Of a stretch of 64,000 bases of DNA, positions 1 to 14,126 are shown in pieces; positions within the stretch are counted from its first letter, which is position 1, and each line of letters opens with the position of its first letter. Position numbers and translations under genes: made by a program. Below the pieces are notes generated by a model. The model saw nothing but the letters and a program-made list of their open reading frames with translations, ran no database searches and was not told where the DNA came from. Source of the stretch: Octopus vulgaris (taxonomy: Eukaryota). Location: positions 32,984,001-33,048,000 of the forward strand of contig OX597822.1 in assembly GCA_951406725.2 (NCBI GenBank). Direction: 5' to 3'.

Positions 1-844
1 TGCAATAGTATTTTCTTAAGCATTGTCCATGAGATGAGAATTTCTTTAAAATATTCGTTATCATCCAGAATAATTTTAAATATTTAGTAAATAAATGCAT
101 AACGTACAACACCGTGTCCACTAAAATGAGAATTATGTGTTGTAGTATTTCAACATTTACATGGAAGCAAATCTTCAGCAGATCAAAATATAACGGTTTA
201 ACGATTTAAAAAAATGGTTTAATTACAACTCCTACAACATTTTGTCGTGTTATGTCACATCGAGTTCTATTTCAATAGCGTTGAAGCAAGAGTGGTTGTT
301 TTCGTTTGACCTTTACTAATTCATAATGTCAGATTCTTAATTATTATTTTGAAAACAATAAAAAAATTAATGGCCTTAAATGAAACATTTAAGATTGCAT
401 AGTTACATGATAAGACTGATACAAGATAGTGGTATTTTTAGTAATTTTTTCTTTACAGTGTTAATTCTCTTTCTTTTGTTCTGCGTTCAAATATTGCCGG
501 AGCCAAATTTCATTTAATTTTCATGATCTTCAAAATAGAATGGAATTCATAAAGCTATTATTGCAGTGCTGAGCTTGGCAACATTTAATTTTCATTTCAA
601 GCTGATGTTAAATTAACATTTTCGTTATCACATTAGTTATTTTATTTGATGGTGTTTTATGACAAATTTATTCTAAGTGGGGAATGTTCAGTCCCTAAAT
701 GGTGAACCGTCGCCCACAAAGTTCCTACCGGAAGTAGCGTGATCTGCATTGATGATAAAAATGAAAATATTAACATTTCTAACGTTTAAATTGATGGTCC
801 GTTATGGAACATTGATAGCATTCGTTTTAAAATAAAAGCAGTCT

Positions 845-1018
845 TGTAGAACCCAGTTCAATATGCTGGTCCCTCGATTCCATTTTGATCAATATGTCAT
901 TCAAGTATGGGACAGCAAACTCATAGTCTGCTAGCATAGTGTCCATCACTTGCTGAAATATTGCTGGTGCGATGCTAACCATAAATGGTAGTCTTTTGAA
1001 AAGGTATACACCTTTACG
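845..1018 (-). mobile_element. Ty3/Gypsy LTR-retrotransposon reverse transcriptase fragment (decayed)
   Basis: Manual translation RKGVYLFKRLPFMVSIAPAIFQQVMDTMLADYEFAVPYLNDILIK matches the Gypsy RT core (LPFG...APAIFQ...YLDD), with YLDD mutated to YLND. Confidence 0.85.
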
Positions 1019-1204
1019 AGTAATACCATGCCATCTAAATATTCGATATAAATGACTATTCTCATTTACCTGAAAACAAAGATTAGCGTTAAAGGGACAT
1101 CATATTAGCCTACTGCAGGACTTCATTTTCTTCATACCTACAGGTTTCCGAGCGTAGCACTGGTCAACACTGTCGCTCTAATATGACAGTGATCGATCAC
1201 TTAC

Positions 1205-1237
1205 TCTTGTTGCTTATTTTTCCCATTGCAGAATGGA
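1205..1237 (-). other. Candidate 33-nt micro-exon of an unidentified gene
   Basis: Acceptor tctcttttccactgttactccag and consensus donor gtaagt. Length is a multiple of 3; phase-1 reading xHSAMGKISNK. No homology evidence. Confidence 0.35.
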
Positions 1238-1419
1238 CTGGAGTAACAGTGGAAAAGAGATATATACACGTATATATATACATCTACATATATATGCACA
1301 TGTGTTTGTAGATATATATATATTTATACATATATATACATATATACGCATATATATTTATATGCATACATGTATACAGGTATATCATACACACACACAT
1401 ATATATATATATAACGTTA

Positions 1420-1662
1420 TTAATTTTCTTTCATTTTGCTAGATAAGTTGCTTTCGTTTTAACTTTATTCTTCATTGTAAAGTAAATTAATTCATTAATG
1501 GTAAATGTACACTATACAACAAATAGTGAAATTGAATATTGTTTGCAGAAGCCTTCTTTCCATATATAGAATAATTAATTTCAATTTTCGTCGTATGTTT
1601 ACCAATGAAGGATAACTAATTAATCTGGCTATTGATAAAGGAAAGGAAAGGAAAATGTAAAC
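1420..1662 (+). repeat. Local ~245 bp direct duplication, copy 1
   Basis: Aligns by eye with 4838-5084 (shared taaattaattcattaatggtaaatgtacactatacaacaaatag and accaatgaaggataactaattaa). Confidence 0.9.
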
Positions 1663-2230
1663 TTATGATAGGGGTGGGCATTTGCCGAACAACTAGGTCA
1701 TGCACATTCTGATCTAAAAACAATATAACATTTCTAAATTTTCGTATATCAAACTTTGCAATACTTTCTCAAATAACGACACACAAAGAAAAATGATATT
1801 AAGAAACACTGCCAAACGAAAATGACAATATGTAACCATTTATGATGAAACACCCCTGAGTAACTTTCCTATTTTCATCAAGCTCGGAGACTTATATACA
1901 ATAATGCAGTTAACGAAAACCGAGCATTTGATAATTCGTATGTATTAAAAAAAAAAGAAAAGAATCACCATGCATTCAGAATTATATATCCAATTATAAA
2001 AAGAGAACAGCAACTACATCTGAATTTGATAAAGTAAGTAAGGGGATGAGGAATTTGATATAGAAAAAAACTGGACGACTGAATATAAAAGACCAAAGTC
2101 TGAGGATATCGCTAAAAAGTTCGTGCTTTTAAACTCGAATTTTTACTGACCTATACCTACTAAATCTATATATAGGTTGTTATATTGGCGTCTCTGTGAT
2201 TAGCTGTTAATGTCACTACCTGCAGTCTCA

Positions 2231-2254
2231 TTCTTATTATTCTTCTTCTTCTTC

Positions 2255-2292
<38 letters not shown>

Positions 2293-2417
2293 GTTGTTAT
2301 TATTATTCTTCTTCTTCTTCTTCTTCTTCGTCTTCTTCTTCTTCTTCTTCGTCGTCGTCTTCTTCTTCTTCTTCTTCATCTTCATCTTCTTCTTCTTCTT
2401 TTTCTTCTTCTTCTTCT
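2231..2417. repeat. Compound (TTA)n/(TTC)n microsatellite
   Basis: Directly visible; source of the poly-K/N/E/L ORFs. Confidence 0.95.
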
Positions 2418-2610
2418 ACGTAGTCTTCATTATCGTGTTTGAAGTCTTGCGGCATTGATAGTCTCCTCCTATTGATAGTCTTCTTGTTCACGTTACCTGA
2501 AGTGAGTGAAATTGGAAGAAAGGAAGAACGACGATTGTTATTTCAATGTCTACCGAAGTCACTGATTGTGCATCATTTGCAAATCTGGAAATGTTTCTCA
2601 GTACGTACCC

Positions 2611-2624
2611 ATATGTATGCATGC

Positions 2625-2657
<33 letters not shown>

Positions 2658-2669
2658 TGTATGTATGTG

Positions 2670-2701
<32 letters not shown>

Positions 2702-2928
2702 TGTATGTATGTATGTGTATATGTATGTATGTGCATGTATGTATGTGTATGTACGTACGTATGCATGTGTATTTGTATATAAATATGTGAATCACTGTGT
2801 TAAAGAATTTGTAAAGTTTTATGGTAGGACTTTCTTGTGTATGTGAACGTACTATGATGCTTTTTTGAAGACCAAGTCTTGTAGGATAACATATGTATAC
2901 ATATATATATATATAGTATGTATGTATG

Positions 2929-2972
<44 letters not shown>

Positions 2973-2975
2973 TAA

Positions 2976-3025
<50 letters not shown>

Positions 3026-3052
3026 CTATATACATATATATGTATATATATG

Positions 3053-3089
<37 letters not shown>

Positions 3090-3325
3090 GTATATATGAA
3101 TATATTTGTATATATATATATATGTATGTGTATGTATATATATATATATAGTATGTGTGTATATATATGTATATATATATACATATATATATATACATAT
3201 ATATATATACGTATATACATATATATATATATACATATATATATATATGTATATATATATATATGTATGTATATATGTATGTATATATGTATGTATATAT
3301 ACATATATAGCATGTATGTATACAT
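2611..3325. repeat. (TATG)n/(TA)n microsatellite field
   Basis: Directly visible, interrupted by unique sequence at about 2785-2890. Confidence 0.95.
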
Positions 3326-3542
3326 AATTCCTTCCGTATTCTGGTACTCGAATTCCAATAATGATAGGAACACCAGTAACCAAATCGGCGATCGTAGTAA
3401 AAGGTCATTCTAAACGACTTGGTTACTTATTCTGTCTACTGAATTTTGTAAAGCAGCAACAGATTAAAATAATTTTAGCAACAGTAGCAGCAACAACGAC
3501 ACCAACAGTAATAACAACACTCATAATAATAAAAATAAGAAT

Positions 3543-3581
3543 ATGATGATGATAATAATAATAATGATAAAATTAATAATG

Positions 3582-3663
<82 letters not shown>

Positions 3664-3689
3664 TAACATTAATAATAATAATAATAATG

Positions 3690-3747
<58 letters not shown>

Positions 3748-3885
3748 TGATGATGATAAAATTAATAATAATAATGATAAAATTAATAATAATAATAATA
3801 ATAAATAATAATATTAATAGTAATAATAATAATAAGAAGAAGAAGAAGAAGAAGAAGAAAAAGAAGAAGAAGAAGAAGAAGAGGA
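3543..3885. repeat. (TAA)n/(GAA)n microsatellite
   Basis: Directly visible. Confidence 0.95.
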
Positions 3886-3976
3886 ATTAGAAGAACGGTG
3901 ACTAATTCTATCATCGGTCGATCTTACAATTTCTGTTCATTAATATTCGTACTTATGCACACACAAACAGACACAG

Positions 3977-4009
<33 letters not shown>

Positions 4010-4642
4010 AATACACTCTCGCACGCGCATGCACACACTCAATGCATACACAAATGCACACTCACACACAAAGCGACATACGTATATAACTACAGAAATA
4101 CACGCACATACATGCGAACAAGCTGATTCAAATACAGACGGTGCAAAACACCAATATAAAACACTGAATATAAAGCAGCAAATTAAAACACTGGACGTAA
4201 AATGTCTAGACAAAACAAATCACCGAATAACAAGTAAAAATTTACAACCCGCCATTTTTCCTTTGGTTTTCGGTTCTTCTTTAGATAATGTAGGAAGCAA
4301 CTATTTCTTTTTTTTATTTTCTTTCTTATAAAAGAAATATGGCAATAATTGCTGTTATTTGTAACTGAATGGTATTCAGTAACGATAAACAAAATGTAAC
4401 CATTAATAATTTATATCAAAAGTATTTTAAGAGACTGTATTCACTGTTGTTATAATTTCGTTTTTCTTTTTTTCTCTTTAGAAAAAAAATAATTCTTTTT
4501 ATAGCTGAGAAAATAGCAGATGAAGGACTAAATTTAAACATGTCGCTTCATTAAAATCGAGCAGATTTAAAGAACATTTCAAAATTTATTTTAACATTCT
4601 GTATACACACACAGTTACACAGAGGAAGAGGGAGAGGGAGGC

Positions 4643-4675
<33 letters not shown>

Positions 4676-4837
4676 TATACGCATGCATATATGGATATAT
4701 ATTTATATGCATACATGTATACACGTATATTATATATATATATACACATGCACACGCATATATACGCACACACACACACGCACAAACATATATATGTATA
4801 TATATGTATATATATATATATATATTACGATATTAAT

Positions 4838-5084
4838 TAAGTTTCTTTCATTTTGCTAGTTAAGTTGATTTCCTTTTACCCTTTTTGCTTCATTGTTAGG
4901 TAAATTAATTCATTAATGGTAAATGTACACTATACAACAAATAGCGAAATTGAATACTGTTTGCAGAGGCCTTCCTTCCATATATAGAATAATTAATATC
5001 AATTTTCCTCCTATGTTTACCAATGAAGGATAACTAATTAACCCGGCTATTGATAAAGAAAAGGCAAGGAAAAGGAATATAAAC
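4838..5084 (+). repeat. Local ~245 bp direct duplication, copy 2
   Basis: Paralogous to 1420-1662; both copies are preceded by a TA/CA microsatellite. Confidence 0.9.
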
Positions 5085-5417
5085 GAACTAAAGAAATGAA
5101 AGAAAGTCTTTGATTGACAAAACGAAATATGATACATAAACACGTAACGGAATAAATCTAATCTCCCTCGTGACCAGTACAAATGGGTTCGATCATAACA
5201 AGTTCGAAGTTGGCCACTTAAGAAGTATATTCTTGTGAGATAATACGCTTCATCATTTGAAGCATTCGGTTTAAATAAGCCACCGCGTTTCTTCATCAAC
5301 ATGTGAACTGTCGCAGATCGGCTAGACGGCAGCATGGTCTTCGACAGCAAATATCCGAAGAGAAGATAAATCACTATTTCGAAAGAAATTTGGACTATTG
5401 ATTTGTGTGTGTGCGTC

Positions 5418-5457
<40 letters not shown>

Positions 5458-5577
5458 TGTGTGACTGTGTGTGTGCCTGTGTGTCTGTGTGTCTGTGCGC
5501 GTAAATCAAACTGTTTAAATAATACATGTAACGCCTATCAAGTGTATCGAGTGCCCTTTTTGTCATTTGTCAACTCG

Positions 5578-5609
<32 letters not shown>

Positions 5610-5884
5610 ATGATAAATCTCAGAGCGAGTTATAAACAGCAGCGGCAACACATCGTGACGTATATTTGCCATTTGAATATGGCTAACCCCTAAGGGTGGA
5701 TGCTACTGTAGTTTGTAGCCCCAGGAAGACACCTCCTCCAGCTGGCTATAGACACACTTTCTGTGCTCTATCAGTATTTGTGAAGGGAAGTCATCCTTCC
5801 CGTCCTCAACTTATAATTTATGTATATATATGCTGTTCAATGACGGAAAGGTGAATTTCGAAGCAGATATTACTAGAAATATTC

Positions 5885-5932
5885 GGAGACTGTACAGGAA
5901 ACTCTGAATATATATATACCAGCAGATGGCAC
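5885..5932 (-). promoter_or_regulatory. Candidate core promoter (TATA + Inr-like) next to a CTCF-like/E-box motif
   Basis: Minus-strand TATATATA begins at 5918, about 27 nt upstream of an Inr-like tacAgt (A at 5891). CCAGCAGATGGCAC at 5919-5932 (+) fits CCASYAGRKGGCRS. Confidence 0.25.
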
Positions 5933-6291
5933 CAGCAGACAAAATGGAAAAGCTGTTGCACCGGTTGATAGCAAGGTAGATGTGTTTGTGCACACACACA
6001 CGCACACACACATAGGCTGTTGTCTTGAAAAATATTCGCAAATTCATACACATTTACACACGCTAATGTAGTTGTGTGTGTATGAGATGGAGGTGTTTCT
6101 CTGTATGTGGGTTTCTGTATGTGTAGTGGGTTTCGTGTGTGTGTGTGCGTGTGTGTTTGAGTGTGTGCTCCTCCATAAAACATTAGCTACCAGCAAGAAG
6201 TCTACCCCATTTAAAATCAGAAAAATATTATCACGTTTCCCTAAAGAGTTAAGCTGATACCTTATTCTATCAAACTGATCTATCAAACCTT

Positions 6292-6912
6292 TAAGGCGGC
6301 CCGCTGACAGAATCGTTAGCAGGCCGGGCGAAATGCTTAGCCGTATTTCGTCTACCGTTACGTTCTGATTTCAAATTCCTCCGAGGTCGAATTTGCCTCT
6401 CATCCTTTCGGGTTCGATTAAATAAAGTACCAGTTACGCACTGGGGTCGATGTAATCGACTTAATCCGTTTGTCTGTCCTTGTTTGTCCCCTCTGTGTTT
6501 AGCCCCTTGTGGGTAGTAAAGAAATAGGTATTTCGTCTGCTGCTATGTTATGAGTTCAAATTCCGCCGAGGTCGACTTTGCCTTTCATCCTTTCGAGGTA
6601 GATAAATTAAGTACTAGTTACGCACTGGGGTCGATGTAATCGACTCAATGCCTTTGTCTGTCCTTCTTTGCCCCCTCTATGTTTAACCCCTTCTGGGCAA
6701 TAAAAGAAATAAGAAACATTATCACACCGGGCGAAATGCTTAGTGGTATTTTCGTCTGACTTTACGTTCTGTGTTGAAATTCCGCCGAGGCCGACTTTGC
6801 CTTTCATCCTTTCGGGGTCGTTAAATTAAGTACCAGTTGTGTACAGGGGTCGATCTAATCGACTGGGCCTCTCCTCCAGCATTTCGCGCCTTATGCCTAG
6901 AGTAGAGAACAA
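6292..6912 (+). mobile_element. tRNA-derived SINE family A, trimeric array
   Basis: Head ggcggc..ctgacagaatcgttagc, B-box-like gagttcaaattcc, and central gcctttcatcctttcggggtcgat..aagtaccagt repeated three times. Confidence 0.9.
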
Positions 6913-7269
6913 TATCTTATGTATCTGGATATGTTTTAACATATAAATGATCATGCTTATATAGATATCTCGAAATTCCTTTTTATTTAATCTGATGGTG
7001 GTTTTACCTATCAACTGTCGCTTAGCAGATTTAACCTCGTTTTCCTTTTTCATTTATACTTACTTTCTACAAACATATTTGAATGCACTTGCAAAGAAAA
7101 AAAGCAGTACCTAGCACACTAGAAATACGTGAATATATATAATACTTTTCTATATTAAGAATATTAAGTAGTGAACTTAGTTAAGCTTCTCTTGGTGTCG
7201 ACGTATTTCTTACATGATACAGAGTTAGGAGAATCACCAACCGAAGATCAACCATCTTGGGCTGGATCT

Positions 7270-7770
7270 CACGTATACATAGAAATTATCAAGGTGATCT
7301 TCTGAATGCCAAGCCGAATGATATTTTAATGTAGGAAATGTATTTTTCAGCTGAAGAAAGAAGCCAAACACGCAGCAGCTATTATATAACTGTCATTTCT
7401 CAGTACATCTAGAGCAGTTGATACATCCTTGTATTCACATTTTATTCGAAGATACTTGTATTTTTTATGGTTTTGATGAACTGTCGTCCTGTTCACGGAA
7501 ATCTTGGCAAAACGTGTTCTATACAGTTTTAAGTTGTGATAGCATACTGGTGGAGAGAATACTCAGCAGGAACCTGGAAAAGTTGTAAATATTTGAACGA
7601 CTGACTTCAAATCAGTTTCTGCTTAAATGCATCAGCAATGAAAAATTATATTGGTTTAACGGTAATATCGTTTTAAATAAGATATAATTAACATTCACAA
7701 ACGTTCTGGGACATAACCGAAGGTGACGATCTCACTTTGTAAAGATATATTAGGATACATAAATGTTAAA
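7270..7770 (+). mobile_element. Highly decayed non-LTR RT remnant (possibly R4/Dong-like)
   Basis: Residual motifs in the expected order: YQGDLL (~7287) and HILFEDTCIFYG (~7436, compare HLLFVDDLKLY). Many stops. Confidence 0.3.
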
Positions 7771-8077
7771 TAAATCTAGCTTCAATTTGAAAGTTTTGTA
7801 AAGATATAATCCTTCCATCTTTACATAGTTCAGGATTCCCCTGAATCAGCGAAAGCTAAATATTTTTGATTTCTTCTGTAGAACAGTTCACAGTTTACAT
7901 ATTTCTAACTATACACTTACATTGACTACCATTGCTAATGAACTATATCTATATAATTATATTAATTCAAGGCCCTTCAGGGCTTCACAATCCCCATAAA
8001 CTCCTGTTGCATTCTCAGTCATTTCTCTTTTCCACAGCTTTACAGCGTACACATTTCATAACAATCAAGATATATAT

Positions 8078-8327
8078 TACCTATTTCTTTACTACCCACA
8101 AGGGGCTAAACACAGAAGGGACAAACAAGGACAGACACACGTATTAAGTCGATTACAGCGACCTCAGTACGTAACTAGTACTTATTTAATCAACCCCGAA
8201 AGGATGAAAGGCAAAGTCGACCTCGGCGGAATTTGAACTCAGAACGTAGTGGCAGACCGGTAGACGAAGTACCGGTAAGCATTTCGTCCGGTGTGCTAAC
8301 GTTTCTGCCAGCTCGTCATTACCGCCA
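8078..8327 (-). mobile_element. SINE family A
   Basis: Reverse complement of the 6292-6530 unit. Confidence 0.9.
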
Positions 8328-8659
8328 TTTTAAATGGAAAACATTGAAACCAATGAAAGAAGTTGTTTCTTCCAAAAAAGAAGACTTTTTTTCCTATTAT
8401 ACAAAACATAAGCATTTGGAAATGATTTATGGCTATAAATAAGATTTAAATCATTTAAAAATATATTCATTACTTGATCTGCCGAACCTTGAACTCTGTT
8501 CTTGCCATATTAATTAAAAACCAGATTTTGTCGGTTTTATACCACTCTTATTAATGTAGTGTGTACATTATTGTCCTCTTTCTTTGCACTAACATGCCAT
8601 CACTCATTCATTATTCATGTCGGTTCCAAACTTCTGGAACAGTCAATGTTTATATACAT

Positions 8660-8691
<32 letters not shown>

Positions 8692-8986
8692 GTATATATT
8701 TGTATGTATGTATGTATATACACACACACATAAACGCACATATAAATATATATATATATATATAGTCTTGCCATTTACTGTACTTTTAAATTTGCCAGCT
8801 TTTAAATTTTCTTAATGTCGGTATGTGAACTGAATTTTCAAGTGGTTTATGCAATGAAATTATGCATATTGTCAACCATAAATGCGTTTGCTCTTTTTAA
8901 CACTGTGTTACTGTGTTGCTATTTTCCCATTTTCTCTTTGCCTTTCTTACTCTGCCCTCTCAGTGTGTCTTTCTCTACTCTCTCTC

Positions 8987-9028
<42 letters not shown>

Positions 9029-11403
9029 ACACACACACAAACACACACAAGGTTTTCTATTTCACAATGATTTCTTACTCTCAAATTCTCTCCTCTTTTT
9101 CCTTTACTTTCCTCTTATGAATATATGCATCTCATACCTAGAAATACACAAATGCTTATCGATAATGTTTGTATGCAGAACAAACACATTTGAGTCGTTA
9201 TTTTGAGAAACTATATTAAATTCATTTGTAGTTATTTCAGTCAGTTGACACGAGAAGTAGTTTCCTTGCTTTATTTGCTAGAAATAAGAAACACATATTT
9301 CTATCACATCCGCTGGTCTTTAAAAACAAACAGATTAAATATATTGAATGATGAAATACGAGATAACCTATATTTGAAAAACATGATGGGAAATAGTTAT
9401 TGGACTACTTAAACAAGAAAAATCAAAACGACAGGATGATCAGGACAAGAATGCTTTTTTTTTGTCGTAAATCTCTCCGATAGGAAGTTACCTTAGGGTT
9501 AAACGATATCCCACATCCGTCACTCAGAAGCGTGTGTGACTTAACTGCTTGCATCATGCATTTGCTTGACATTTTAGGTGCCTATGGGGTTACGAACAGG
9601 CATAGTTACCCGCTTGATACCAAAGACACTGCTGGAGCGAGAACGTGCCGCATCAATACCTAGTTGAATAGACAGAAGCAACATGTACTGGTTCAAGAAT
9701 CGAACCCACAACGTTGTGATCGTGAGCCATAATCATTGTCCCAATTCGAAATAACGTCGTGTTAAATATTTCCATTAAAGCTCCGAGTTCAATATTCAAA
9801 TATTTCTTTTTATAACAGGATAAACTTTACGGAAGAGACAGAGATTAAAAAAAGATCTGGTCAAATTAACCATACATGATAATGTCTCAATATGAATACA
9901 GTTAAAGTTTCGAAATCATTAAAAGAATGAAAGCTTAATAGAATACACATTTCCTTCTGTATGGTAAACAAGGGATGCAATCAGTATAAGACAGGGTCTA
10001 TAAGTATCATTATTCTCTCTTTCAATTCTATCATTCCTTTATGATGTTCATGGTTTTCAACATAGAAGTGAATGTTTTTAGCAGATACAATATAAGTTAT
10101 GATGATTGACTAAGGACGCTATATCTACTCTCAAGGCAACCAACAGATTGCTATGATCTTGAGCCGGAACACAGTTCAATAATTATCGTTTAAACAGTGT
10201 CTTATGATCATTGAACATAGTTGGTCTTCTGCCATTCCTACCAAAGCACTACCACAAGATTTTGTAACGATTTTCTTCTCAACGTCAGCTTTCTGAATTT
10301 CCTACTTTGTACATCATTTTTTAAAACCACCGATCTTTCAAAACAAACATTAACATTGTATATCTAAACGGATTAAGTGGTCATACAATGGCCATAGGCT
10401 CCAAACTGTCCACCATACCAACCCTAATACAAAAGAAATTTAAACAGCAAACCTTATGAGACGCAAGTTCATTATATAAATACAGATAGTGTACGGCTCG
10501 CTAGTAAGAACAACACGATTAGCTGTTCTATGTGCAGCGTCAATAGCGTCGATCTAAACGGTTTCATTGGACTTGTGACCAGTTTAACATCAAAGGAAAT
10601 AAATTAGTAAATCTTAACAGATACAAGATCACTATAAACACAGATTCTATGAAGTTAGTTAATAAGAACCTCATGATTAAATAATCTATGAGTATTATAT
10701 AAAATTTGAGTGAAATCCTTAAAGTTTCGTGAAGAAACGTCTAAGTTTCGCATACATTTCAAGATATTCGTATTGAAAAGATATGCCAAGTGTCTTAACA
10801 TTTCCTCGTCATGAATGATTGATTTTGTGATAGCTTTGGCAGGCAATTCTATAATCATACATTTAAATTATCTCTCATTTATACGAACTTCTTTGAAGTC
10901 TTGATATGTGAAGGACATTCATTTGTGATGTAAGATATTGTTCGTTGATGTGCGATAATGGCAACGCTTTTGCATAAATCAAGATAAAACTTTTGAAGTA
11001 TAAGCTGTCGAACAGAATTGAATCTTCGTCACAGAATGAGCGTCGTTACATATAAATATTCGTCGCAATGTGTGTTTATGTAGGTTTCTATTCTTGTATG
11101 GCTAAACAATAATACATTCAAATGCATATCACCATTTCACTTCTAGGTTTCCTATCACATAAGCGGTATTTATTGAATATTCATTACACGTTAAAACAGT
11201 AGACTTTTTTTTCTGTATCGTGTTTTGATGCGCCATAGAGCAATTAGCTAAGAGGTAGCTGTCATTGCCTTATGACGGATGTTTTTGATTTATCACTGTG
11301 CCCAATGCATTCTTCAAATATTGACATAAGGAGGTTATATGGATCGTTAAATCTTATGAAGAGGAGACTACTGTCTAATTTAAAAGTTCCTCACACGGGT
11401 GTT

Positions 11404-11495
<92 letters not shown>

Positions 11496-11544
11496 TGTGT
11501 GTGTGTATTATACTATAATATATTATACTATAGTAAATTGGTTT

Positions 11545-11715
11545 CAAATTTCGACCGATGGCCAGCAAATTTGGGGGGATGGTGTAAGTTGAATACATTA
11601 ACCTCACTGCTCAAATGGTTCTTACTTCATCGACACGGAAAGAATAAGAGACAAAGTCGACCTCGCCGAAATTTGAACTCAGAACGTAAAGATGGATGAA
11701 ATTCTGCTAAGTTGA
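11545..11715 (-). mobile_element. SINE family A, degenerate partial copy
   Basis: caaagtcgacctcgccgaaatttgaactcagaacgtaaag. Confidence 0.75.
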
Positions 11716-12070
11716 CGTACTAACTAGTGAGACTGCAGAGTTTCTGGACAACTTGTATTAAGATTGGTTTCACTATCTTTATAAAAAGAAGTGCTTATCT
11801 TTCGTTTCCCAGTTGCCCAGTTGCCCAGTACAGTATAGTATGTAAATATATATATATATATATATATATCTTATAAATTCTTGTGTGTGTGCATGTGTAT
11901 GTGTGGGTGTTTACAAGAATGCACTACCTTGTCGAATACTAAAGTGATACCAATATGATTATAAGTGCCTATGTATACATTCATGCAGGTGTCCACAAAA
12001 TGTATACATAAACTGAAAGAAATTAAAACGGAGTTATCAGCTGTTAAAATGCCTATTCTTGAGAGGGACG

Positions 12071-12104
<34 letters not shown>

Positions 12105-12162
12105 GTGTGTGTGTATGTGTGTGTGTATGTATGTATGTATGTATGTATGTACGTATGTATGT

Positions 12163-12235
<73 letters not shown>

Positions 12236-12899
12236 GGATAGATAGAGATATATCGCAATCATATGAATATTTCACAGGTACATTGGGAAAATGCTTTCAT
12301 GCGAAGCAAATTAACAAGAACGCTCAATAAAAGAGAATAAAGACCAAATTTCGTGCGATAATGAATGCATAGAAATCGCAAGATCGATGGCGCTACTATG
12401 TGCATGATAATAAAACTTATTAGTCGATTTACCGTTGCCGATGGAGGTATTAAATTGACGGAAACTTCACTAGGCTTTAATGCAAGTAGCACAGGTTCTC
12501 CGAATACCGAGTATACAGTAGACATTTTAAATTAATTTATGTTTATGTGCCTTTCTGCTCTAATTGTATCACTATATATTTCCCCATGTGTGTGTGTGTG
12601 CACAGGTTTATATAAGCTCTCTTCTGTTTATAAGTAAATGAAATTTTGCCGCAAAATATCTGGTCTCTGACAACAATTAAATGCTCCCATCTTTGAAATG
12701 TGGATAACAAAAGGAAACTTACTTTAGAAAGGTTTGCATATGTTTAGTGTTTTGCTTGTTATCGTAATGTTCATGTTAGTTGATTGATTCAATTTTCTAA
12801 TACACACACACAGACATACATACATACATACATACATTCATACATACATACATACATACATACATACATACATACATACATACATACATACATACATAC

Positions 12900-12976
<77 letters not shown>

Positions 12977-13009
12977 CTCCAGATTCTCACTTCTCATTTA
13001 CTAATAGAA

Positions 13010-13345
13010 TAAAGTACACCGAATATAACTGGTATTATAAATGTGAATGTATTATCCGGAATAGAAGCTGCAGACTTCGATGCATTTATCCTTGTCTTTC
13101 TCCTTGTTGTTCGATGAAATAATCACGTTGGCGAGGTACCTGGCGATACATTTTTTTCTTTTATCAATTCCCAATAATGTTATCCGGGCTGTGATCTTTG
13201 AGTTTGCTAGAGTTTTTGATGGGAATGATCTACCAATATTTTTGATGTTGACGTTTATGTGTGTATTAAATACCAGCGGTCTCTCTATATTTATCCCCCA
13301 GGAGATTCTTGTTTCCGCATGGCATTGTATATTGTTTTAGCGACA
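13010..13345 (-). mobile_element. Decayed R4/Dong-type LINE, restriction-like endonuclease region
   Basis: Frameshifted reading YW*IIPIKNSSKLKDHSPDNII...LQLLF...FTFIIPVIFGV parallels the copy at 51735-52250. Confidence 0.55.
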
Positions 13346-14126
13346 ACATCAATTCGCATTGGGTTAGACGGGTAGTACATTGATGCCATTTTTGTGAAGC
13401 TGCTAATTACATATGTCCTTGACATATGTAATGTCCTTGACATATGTTATATAATTGACTTATTTGCTTGTATCTTTGGGCTCCATGGACTTTACTGTTT
13501 CTTCTGTTTATTAGGTATTTTGTAGCAATATCCTGTCCTGGGTTTCCATGCACATTACCAACGAAATGTAGTGTAATGTAGCGGTCACGTTTCCAGCAGT
13601 AGGTATTCTACATGTCGATGTTGCAGTCATCTTCAAGTGTTCAGGAAACGTAACCATACATAGTATTGTTTTTATGTACTGAGCATTTCATAGTCAGATT
13701 TTCTTTGAAGTATGTTAGGCCGCTGGAGTAGTCATCATGAAGGGAGTACTTCCCGAAGAACTCGATCGATATTCACAGCACATTTGTGACTAAAATTTCC
13801 CAGAAATTAAAAGGGTTCTATGAAAGCACAGTGTCTCTACCAAGCATAGGTTAAACTAAGGCTACAGCAAAATTCACTTACTCGAGGTGCCATACAGGTA
13901 CTGAAGAATGTATAATATGTGGATGTGAATTGACAGTCTAACCACGTGGCTATGTCCGCTTGAATACTAAAGTCCTTGCGTTACCATATTGAAAAACAGT
14001 GATAGGCGTACAAATAAATCAACTAAAACATGTAGAATGCATTTTACATGGGGGTTATACATCATAACCATAAGTTCTGTTAAAATCATTGTTACAGGTA
14101 ATCTCGAATACAATAATGGAACAATA

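Noticed and set aside
5296-5370. Minus-strand peptide DICCRRPCCRLADLRQFTC resembling an insulin A-chain
   Set aside because: Cys spacing is wrong (not CC-x3-C-x8-C), in-frame stops lie directly upstream, and no B-chain exon was found.
5610-5810. GC-richer block with cctcctc..gctggc resembling an HDV-like ribozyme
   Set aside because: I could not build the nested double pseudoknot; only simple hairpins are evident. Probably an interspersed repeat.
6292-6912. Regularly repeated units suggesting a CRISPR array or tRNA genes
   Set aside because: Units are ~180-240 bp SINE modules with no unique spacers, no cas genes and no full cloverleaf.
13733-13772. catcatga-agggagtacttccc-gaag hammerhead-like hairpin
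   Set aside because: Both core segments are degenerate and no stem I is apparent.
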